Source: an uncultured Alphaproteobacteria bacterium
GTDB lineage: Bacteria; Pseudomonadota; Alphaproteobacteria; RF32; CAG-239
Direction of reading: 5' to 3'
Length of the DNA stretch: 64,000 bases
NCBI GenBank assembly: GCA_944392275.1
Contig: CALXWA010000004.1
Coordinates: 20,562-84,561 of the forward strand
This document shows, in pieces, positions 57,989 through 64,000 of the stretch. The position numbers were made by a program, and so were the translations under genes. Under the pieces are notes generated by a model. The model searched no databases and was not told where the DNA came from. It saw only the letters and a program-made list of their open reading frames with translations. Position 1 is the first letter of the stretch; the number at the start of each line of letters is the position of its first letter.

Positions 57989-57996
57989 TAATAATT
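57989..57996. repeat. left copy of the 8-bp target-site duplication AATAATTA
   Basis: Identical octamer immediately outside both terminal inverted repeats; the other copy is at 60076-60083. Confidence 0.75.
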
Positions 57997-58023
57997 AGGC
58001 TCTATTAAACAATTTTGTTGAAA
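57997..58023. repeat. left terminal inverted repeat of the IS1595-family element (GGCTCTATTAAACAATTTTGTTGAAAT)
   Basis: 27-bp perfect reverse complement of 60049-60075. Confidence 0.85.
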
Positions 58024-58108
58024 TATACTCTAAATAAAATCCTTGCTAAATTATTTGATAAGAATTTACAATGTAATTCTGATTAATAATTTATGAAAAG
58101 GATTTTTA

Positions 58109-58333
58109 TTGCCAAATAATACTTTTGAAGATTTCAAAAAATTTTTAGATAATTTTCCTGAAAAATTTGAATCTTTTAATCTGGATATTAACCTTAATGA
58201 ATGTACAATTACTGTTACAATTCATTATTCCAAAACATTTACTGCTTCATTAGGAAAATTTATATGTACTTCTGATGATTTATTTCAAACATATAATGAA
58301 TTGGCTATTTTTCTTAAAGAGAGAGTTAGATAA
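58109..58333 (+). CDS. passenger ORF, 74-aa hypothetical protein (TTG start)
   Basis: Inside the IS element. AAGGA RBS 7 nt before the TTG. No similarity recognised. Confidence 0.35.
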   Translation: MPNNTFEDFKKFLDNFPEKFESFNLDINLNECTITVTIHYSKTFTASLGKFICTSDDLFQTYNELAIFLKERVR

Positions 58334-58579
58334 TAATCTTTTTATGATATTTGATTCTTTTATTATATCAGTATTGTTATTGATAGTTTGATGAATTTCC
58401 AATTTTGGAATAAATTTTACAATATTTAATTTTCTATTTTTCATAACAAAAATCTCCTAATCTTATACAAGTATTTATAAGGAGATTTTTGTTATTTGTG
58501 AATCAAATAATTTTTTCTTTGACTTTTCATTATTTAAGTTGATAATTTATCATATTGAATATCATTGAAAGGTCTAAAA

Positions 58580-59041
58580 ATGTCATATGTAAAAGGAACT
58601 CTATCAAAAGATGAGGAAATTAAAGAAGTTGTGAAACTGCATTGGTTCAATTATATTTTTACAGGTATTATAGCTTTTGTTGCTCTACTTTTTGTAATTT
58701 CTTATTTTGCAAGTGCTGAATTACAAAAAGACCCAGGAACAAAATGGATTGTTATACTTTTTGTTCTATGGGCATTATATGATTTCCTAAAATTATATAC
58801 AACCGAAATGGTTATAACCAATAAGAGAGTTATATGCAGAAAAGGCATTATTAGCGTAAAAACAGAAGAATTGAAAAATGCAAAAGTTGAGTCTATTGAG
58901 ATTAAACAATCAATATTAGGAAGAATTTTTGGGTATGCTACTATTTGGTTTTCAGGAACAGGAACATCAAAAGTAAAATTTGAAGCTGTTGATGACCCTT
59001 GGGCAATAAAAAGCCGAGTGGAGTCAATCATTGGTGATTAA
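58580..59041 (+). CDS. passenger gene: bacterial PH-domain (bPH_2, YdbS/YdbT-like) membrane protein
   Basis: Two TM helices, then a PH-like module (VITNKRVICRKGIISVKTEELKNAKVESIEIKQSILGRIFGYATIWF). The ORF-track TTG at 58565 was trimmed to the ATG at 58580, which has a GAAAGG RBS. Confidence 0.6.
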   Translation: MSYVKGTLSKDEEIKEVVKLHWFNYIFTGIIAFVALLFVISYFASAELQKDPGTKWIVILFVLWALYDFLKLYTTEMVITNKRVICRKGIISVKTEELKNAKVESIEIKQSILGRIFGYATIWFSGTGTSKVKFEAVDDPWAIKSRVESIIGD

Positions 59042-59077
59042 TTTTTTGAAGTGGTGTATTTTTACACCACTTTTATT

Positions 59078-59986
59078 TTATCCCAATAAACAATCTTTTA
59101 TCAACAAATTATTATCGGCACCTGATTTAATCCAACTAAACCAGTTCAAATAATTAGTTAAATATCGGGTGCTGATTCCGTTAAAATGCCTTACAAAATC
59201 TTTCAAACCTTTGTGATAATTGCTTACATTGTTAATATGATATTCTCCGTTTTTATGCTTACCTCGTGCTATTCTCTTATGTTGTAAATTGTGATTTTTA
59301 GCAAATTGAATATATGATTTATGGGAATCTGTTACCAAAATTGAATCTTCTTCAATCTTATTGCCTAAAACATTTTCTGTTTGTTGGGTTGTTAATCGCC
59401 CTCTACCATAAACATCAGAAATAATATTTTTGTTTCCATCCATAGCAACCATTATACCGATTTGGTAATGAGAAATACCTCTTAATTTTGCTTTACCACC
59501 TCTTTTTCTGCCTTTTATACCCTCAATTTTCTTACCTTTATGAGATTCAAGCAAAAATGTTTCATCTGCTTCTACAACACCTGAAACAGTTGTATTTTGA
59601 AACTGTTTTTTGATAGCATTTAAAACCTTATGTCTCCAACGAAAAGCAGTTAAAACAGATATACCACATTTAGGAGCAATTTTAGCAAGTGATAAACCTG
59701 TCATCATCAATTCAATGTATTTGAACCAAGTGTCATAATCTTTTTTAGTGCTGAAAAATATTGTTTTCGTATATTCAGTAAAGGTCTTACCACAATCTTT
59801 ACATCTATATCTTTGGATACCACTACTGCTACCAAATTTCTGAATATGTTTTTTTCCACAAATGGGACAAACAACACCATTTTCAAATCTTTTTACAGAA
59901 GTTTTAGATTTTTGAACTTTGCTGAAAAGATGTTTCAGTTCTTCCTCTGATAACTTTTTTAATTGCTCTAATAAATCTTGATTCAT
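59078..59986 (-). CDS. IS1595-family (ISXO2-like) transposase
   Basis: N-terminal zinc ribbon (CPICGKK...CKDCGK) and a DDE domain; 302 aa. Flanked by the terminal inverted repeats. Confidence 0.85.
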   Translation of the reverse strand: MNQDLLEQLKKLSEEELKHLFSKVQKSKTSVKRFENGVVCPICGKKHIQKFGSSSGIQRYRCKDCGKTFTEYTKTIFFSTKKDYDTWFKYIELMMTGLSLAKIAPKCGISVLTAFRWRHKVLNAIKKQFQNTTVSGVVEADETFLLESHKGKKIEGIKGRKRGGKAKLRGISHYQIGIMVAMDGNKNIISDVYGRGRLTTQQTENVLGNKIEEDSILVTDSHKSYIQFAKNHNLQHKRIARGKHKNGEYHINNVSNYHKGLKDFVRHFNGISTRYLTNYLNWFSWIKSGADNNLLIKDCLLG

Positions 59987-60048
59987 TTTACCTATCCCTT
60001 TGTTTTATATAAGTATTATAAGGGATTTTATGAAAATTGTCAAGCCAT

Positions 60049-60075
60049 ATTTCAACAAAATTGTTTAATAGAGCC
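60049..60075. repeat. right terminal inverted repeat of the IS1595-family element (ATTTCAACAAAATTGTTTAATAGAGCC)
   Basis: 27-bp perfect reverse complement of 57997-58023. Confidence 0.85.
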
Positions 60076-60083
60076 AATAATTA
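60076..60083. repeat. right copy of the 8-bp target-site duplication AATAATTA
   Basis: It overlaps the TAA stop (60081-60083) of the phosphatase gene, so the duplication regenerates the stop codon. Confidence 0.75.
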
Positions 60084-60668
60084 AAATAAATCACCGTCAA
60101 CGGCAAATTTTTCTCCGTCAAACATAAGGCAAAAAGCCGCACAATTAGGAATTTTAGCAAACGGATAATGAAAATAATTTAATAAAGAAGCCATCGTTCC
60201 GCCATGGATGGCAACACCGACAACATCAAAAGGATTATCCTTTCTTTGTGCTAAATGATGCAAAACGCCCAGAACTCGATCCAAAGCCTCTTGCTTACTC
60301 TCTCCTCCCGGAAAACGAATATCCCAACATTTCGGATTGCTCCAATTGTTAAGGACATCGGGAAACTCTTGTCGAACATTCTCTAAAGCTTCACCTTCGG
60401 CTTTACCATAAAAACATTCACGTAAATTATATTCAACCTCTACAGAAATATTGAGTTCGCGGGCAACAATTTCTGCCGTTTGGCGAGCTCTTAGCAAGGG
60501 AGAAGAATAAATAATTTGCAAATTTTTTCTTCTTAATTTTTGAGCCAAATCAAAAGCTTGCTCTCTTCCCAAAGGATTAAGAGGATAATCCATACCGGAT
60601 CCTTGCATTCTACCCAAAGAATTCAATTCTGTTTCGCCATGACGAAAAATATAAAACGCTTTAACCAT
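60081..60668 (-). CDS. histidine phosphatase (phosphoglycerate mutase) family protein
   Basis: RHGETELN catalytic motif. Trimmed to the ATG at 60668, because the longer ORF would overlap tRNA-Gly. Confidence 0.75.
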   Translation of the reverse strand: MVKAFYIFRHGETELNSLGRMQGSGMDYPLNPLGREQAFDLAQKLRRKNLQIIYSSPLLRARQTAEIVARELNISVEVEYNLRECFYGKAEGEALENVRQEFPDVLNNWSNPKCWDIRFPGGESKQEALDRVLGVLHHLAQRKDNPFDVVGVAIHGGTMASLLNYFHYPFAKIPNCAAFCLMFDGEKFAVDGDLF

Positions 60669-60682
60669 TGAAAAACTTTCAC

Positions 60683-60708
60683 AAAAAAATCCGGAACACG
60701 GTCCGGAT
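60683..60708 (-). terminator. Rho-independent terminator following tRNA-Gly
   Basis: Hairpin ATCCGG-N8-CCGGAT, followed on the minus strand by T7. Confidence 0.5.
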
Positions 60709-60713
60709 AAAAT

Positions 60714-60788
60714 TGGAGCGGGCGGCGAGATTCGAACTCGTGACTTCAACCTTGGGAAGGTCGCACTCTACCGCTGAGTTACGCCCGC
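60714..60788 (-). tRNA. tRNA-Gly (anticodon CCC)
   Basis: 75 nt on the minus strand: GCGGGCG acceptor, anticodon loop TTCCCAA, T-loop TTCGAAT, and 3' TCCA. Confidence 0.85.
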
Positions 60789-60892
60789 AAAAAAGATGAA
60801 ACTATGTATAAAACAAAACTTTTTTTTCTGCAAGTTCTTTTTTAATAATACTCCCCAAACATCTTTTGGCAAACATCCTGGCCTAAAACACC

Positions 60893-61180
60893 TTAATTGT
60901 TGGAATTTTGGTATTTACCAATCAAAATAGCCGTATATTTTGCCGCTTTTTCTTTCTCACTCAAAGCCGTTACATTATACAAATTCAAACACGGAGCTGC
61001 TATTTTTTTGGCACTTTCTTCCCCTCGAACCTCAGCCAATTTACCGATTTCTTTTAACTCGGAAACCTCTCGGGCAATACAAGCATTAACCATTGTTGCG
61101 TTAGAATATTCTTCTGACGTTTCATGGGTTAAAGCACATCCGGTCAACAACAAAACCGCAATCAAATATCTCATTTTCAT
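60893..61180 (-). CDS. small lipoprotein, hypothetical
   Basis: Lipobox LLTGC after the signal peptide; 95 aa. Confidence 0.5.
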   Translation of the reverse strand: MKMRYLIAVLLLTGCALTHETSEEYSNATMVNACIAREVSELKEIGKLAEVRGEESAKKIAAPCLNLYNVTALSEKEKAAKYTAILIGKYQNSNN

Positions 61181-61450
61181 TCTCCATCAATAATAAAATG
61201 ATTATTTCGATTTTGCGACAAGCTGTCAAAAATTTTTAGCCTTTATAAACAAAAAAAGCCGATTCTTTTTTACCTAAAATCAAAGCGGTTAATTGCTTCA
61301 TTTTTTGATGGATTTAAAAAAAATATCGTGATATAAAAACGCGCATAGAAAGATTCTATTTAAAAACTCGGTCGGAAGATGAAGATAAAGCTGTCTGCAT
61401 TGACGACCGTTATTGTGTTAAAACTTAACTAAAATAAGGATAATAAATTT

Positions 61451-64000
61451 ATGTCTGACGTTAAGATGAAAATGATGGATGCCAACGAAGCAGCTGCTTC
61501 AGTTGCACACCGCATGAATGAAGTCTGCGTGATCTATCCGATTACACCGTCCTCCCCGATGGGCGAATGGGCAGATGCTTGGTCCGCAGCAAAACAAAAA
61601 AACCTTTGGGGTGTTATTCCTGAAGTTCAGGAAATGCAATCGGAAGCCGGAGCTGCCGGTGCATGCCACGGTTCTTTACAAGCCGGAGCATTGACCACAA
61701 CCTTTACGGCGTCTCAAGGTTTGTTGTTAATGATCCCGAACATGTACAAAATTGCCGGAGAACTCACACCGTTTGTAATGCATGTTGCCGCTCGTTCTTT
61801 GGCATATCATGCCTTGTCAATTTTTGGCGACCACTCCGATGTTATGTCTTGCCGTCAGACCGGTTTTGCAATGCTTTGCTCCAACTCCGTTCAAGAGGCT
61901 CATGACTTTGCTGCCATTGCACAAACTTCTACTTTACGTTCTCGTGTACCGTTCATGCACTTCTTTGACGGTTTCCGTACATCTCACGAGATTAAAAAGA
62001 TTAAACTTTTGTCTGATGACGATTTAAGAGCAATGCTTGAAGGTGTTGATTATACCTTTAACGCCAAAAATGCTCTTCGTCCGGAAGCTCCGGTTATCCG
62101 TGGTACGGCTCAAAACCCGGATGTATTCTTCCAAGGACGTGAAGCTGCCAATACCTACTATGAAAAAGTAGAAGGCATCGTTCAAGAAGAAATGGATAAA
62201 TTTGCCAAAATCAGTGGTCGTCAGTACAAAACGGTTGAATACGTCGGCCCGGCAGATGCTGAACAAGTTATCGTTATTATGGGTTCTGGAGCAGAAACTG
62301 TTGATGAAACCATTACCTATCTTAACAATAACGGCTACAAAGTCGGCTTGCTTAAAGTTCGTTTGTATCGTCCGTTCCCGTCCAAATCTTTTGTTGCCGC
62401 ATTGCCAAAATCTGTTAAAGTGGTCAATGTTTTGGATCGTACCAAAGAATCCGGTTCTATTGGTGAACCGTTGTATTTGGATGTTGTTGCCACATTAACG
62501 CAAGCTTATGCCAACAACGAAATTTCTTCAATGCCTCGCATTTTGGGTGGCCGTTACGGTTTATCTTCAAAAGAATTTACACCGGGAATGGTTCGTGCCG
62601 TTTATGACAATGGGGCTTCGGCAAAACCCATTAACGGCTTTACCGTTGGTATTAACGATGATGTTACCCACAAATCTTTACCTTACAGTGATGATATTGA
62701 CACCGAGGGCAAAGATGTTGTTCGCGCCGTATTCTATGGCTTAGGAGCAGATGGTACGGTTGGTGCCAACAAAAACTCCATTAAAATCATTGCAGAAGAT
62801 GCCGGCAAATATGGTCAAGGTTATTTTGTTTACGATTCTCGTAAATCGGGTTCCATGACCACATCCCACTTACGTTTTTCTGACCACCCGATTAAAGCGG
62901 CTTATTTGATTAACAAAGCCGACTTTGTCGCTTGCCACCAATTCCCGTTCATGAAAAAAGTTGACATTTTGGGTATTGCAAAACCGGGAGCAACTTTCTT
63001 ATTGAACGCTCCATATGAAGGGAATGAAGTTTGGGATCACTTAACGGCTGAAGTTCAACAAGAAATCATTGATAAAAAATTGAACTTCTATGTTATTAAC
63101 GCCGTTGACGTTGCTCGTCAAACCGGTATGGGACAACGCATTAACACCATTATGCAAACATGCTTCTTTGCAATTTCTAACATTTTGCCCAAAGATGAAG
63201 CAATTGCTCAGATTAAAAATGCCATTAAGAAAACCTACAGCAAAAAAGGCGATGCCATTGTTCAAAAGAACTTTGTTGCCGTAGATGCTTCTTTAGAGCA
63301 TTTGCATAAAGTAGAATATCCTGCAAACGTTACCTCAAAATTACATCGTTTGGCTCCGGTACCGGAAAATGCACCGGAATTCGTCAAGAAATTGACTGCT
63401 GAAATTATTGCCGACCGCGGTAATGAGCTTCCGGTTTCTGCATTCCACGATGTTGTTGACGGTACTTGGCCGACAGGAACAACTCAGTACGAAAAACGTT
63501 GCATTGCAACCGAAATTCCGGTATGGGATGCCGACGCTTGTATCCAATGCGGTAAATGTTCTTTAGTTTGCCCGCACGGTGTAATTCGTATGAAAGTTGC
63601 GACGAAAGAAGAATTAAAGAATGCTCCGGCCGGCTTCAAATCCGCTCCTTACAAAGGTAAAGAATTTTCCGGAAAAGAATTTATTTGGCAAATGTCTCCG
63701 GAAGATTGTACCGGTTGTGGTATCTGCGTCAGTGCATGCCCGGTTAAAAACAAAGTTGATCCAAACAAAAAAGCAATCAATATGGAACACATTGAAAATC
63801 ATTTGGATGAACAAGTTGCAAATTGGAAATTCTTTGAAACTTTGCCGTATGTAAAACGTACCGAAGTTGTTAAGAACCTTCCGAAAACAACCCAGTTAAT
63901 TCAACCTTTGTTTGAATTCTCCGGTGCTTGTGCCGGCTGTGGTGAAACACCATATGTAAAATTGTTGACTCAACTCTTTGGTGACCGCATGGTTGTTGCC
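61451..64000 (+). CDS. nifJ: pyruvate:ferredoxin (flavodoxin) oxidoreductase, NifJ/PorA type (5' partial; continues beyond the window)
   Basis: MSDVKMKMMDANEAAASVAHRMNEVCVIYPITPSSPMGEWAD... matches the PFOR N-terminal domain I. The ferredoxin-like domain with 2x CxxCxxCxxxCP (CIQCGKCSLVCPHG and CTGCGICVSACPV) lies at about 63540-63750. The frame is open to the end of the window. Confidence 0.9.
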   Translation, partial: MSDVKMKMMDANEAAASVAHRMNEVCVIYPITPSSPMGEWADAWSAAKQKNLWGVIPEVQEMQSEAGAAGACHGSLQAGALTTTFTASQGLLLMIPNMYKIAGELTPFVMHVAARSLAYHALSIFGDHSDVMSCRQTGFAMLCSNSVQEAHDFAAIAQTSTLRSRVPFMHFFDGFRTSHEIKKIKLLSDDDLRAMLEGVDYTFNAKNALRPEAPVIRGTAQNPDVFFQGREAANTYYEKVEGIVQEEMDKFAKISGRQYKTVEYVGPADAEQVIVIMGSGAETVDETITYLNNNGYKVGLLKVRLYRPFPSKSFVAALPKSVKVVNVLDRTKESGSIGEPLYLDVVATLTQAYANNEISSMPRILGGRYGLSSKEFTPGMVRAVYDNGASAKPINGFTVGINDDVTHKSLPYSDDIDTEGKDVVRAVFYGLGADGTVGANKNSIKIIAEDAGKYGQGYFVYDSRKSGSMTTSHLRFSDHPIKAAYLINKADFVACHQFPFMKKVDILGIAKPGATFLLNAPYEGNEVWDHLTAEVQQEIIDKKLNFYVINAVDVARQTGMGQRINTIMQTCFFAISNILPKDEAIAQIKNAIKKTYSKKGDAIVQKNFVAVDASLEHLHKVEYPANVTSKLHRLAPVPENAPEFVKKLTAEIIADRGNELPVSAFHDVVDGTWPTGTTQYEKRCIATEIPVWDADACIQCGKCSLVCPHGVIRMKVATKEELKNAPAGFKSAPYKGKEFSGKEFIWQMSPEDCTGCGICVSACPVKNKVDPNKKAINMEHIENHLDEQVANWKFFETLPYVKRTEVVKNLPKTTQLIQPLFEFSGACAGCGETPYVKLLTQLFGDRMVVA

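Larger units (their letters stand above)
57997..60075 (-). mobile_element. IS1595-family insertion sequence (2079 bp) carrying a transposase and two passenger ORFs
   Basis: 27-bp perfect terminal inverted repeats, an 8-bp target-site duplication, an ISXO2-like DDE transposase with an N-terminal zinc ribbon, and markedly lower GC than the flanks. Inserted between the motB terminator and the stop codon of the convergent phosphatase gene. Confidence 0.85.

Noticed and set aside
60669-60749. N-terminal 27-aa extension of the histidine phosphatase ORF
   Set aside because: It overlaps tRNA-Gly and its terminator. The start was moved to the ATG at 60668, just before the RHGE motif.
1-64000. CRISPR arrays, rRNA genes, prophage or integrase genes
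   Set aside because: Scanned for periodic direct repeats of 25-40 bp with unique spacers, and for rRNA-like or integrase-like sequence. None found. The only repeats are the coding 39-bp duplication and the terminal inverted repeats of the IS element.

Overview
The window is a 64-kb chromosomal segment that looks alphaproteobacterial. It carries gcrA with a perfect CtrA box upstream, a sigma-54-driven flgF-flgG-flgA-flgH rod/ring operon, a FlaF-like flagellar regulator, rpoZ-spoT and lepB-rnc-era. By eye the GC content is low, roughly 38-40%. Coding is dense on both strands and I find four tRNA genes: Gln-CTG, Leu-TAG, Met/Ile2-CAT and Gly-CCC. Housekeeping content includes glmS, nagA-nagB, opgG-opgH, uvrD, tig, pheST with rpmI-rplT, lolCDE, acpS, motAB and mutT. 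Two genes are unexpected for this lineage: adhE and a 5'-partial nifJ-type pyruvate:ferredoxin oxidoreductase that runs off the end of the window; together they suggest an anaerobic fermentative lifestyle. The accessory or unusual content, strongest first, is as follows. (1) An intact 2.08-kb IS1595-family element at 57997-60075 with 27-bp perfect terminal inverted repeats, an 8-bp target duplication AATAATTA and two cargo genes (a bPH_2 membrane protein and a 74-aa ORF); it is inserted beside tRNA-Gly. (2) A tightly linked module of a small membrane protein, an ECF sigma factor, an LTXXQ Spy/CpxP/ZraP-like periplasmic protein and a secreted His/Pro-rich protein that contains a perfect 39-bp tandem repeat. 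(3) A Bat-like MoxR-DUF58 module flanked by TPR proteins and lacking vWA partners. (4) An internally duplicated FlaF-like gene. (5) Several orphan secreted or cytoplasmic proteins, including a 554-aa orphan next to tRNA-Gln whose divergent neighbour has a perfect 11-bp palindrome bracketing its start codon. Many ORF-track starts are TTG or GTG; I trimmed these to ATG codons with Shine-Dalgarno support. Coordinates of small features (terminators, promoters, repeats, tRNAs) were indexed by hand and may be off by 1-2 nt.
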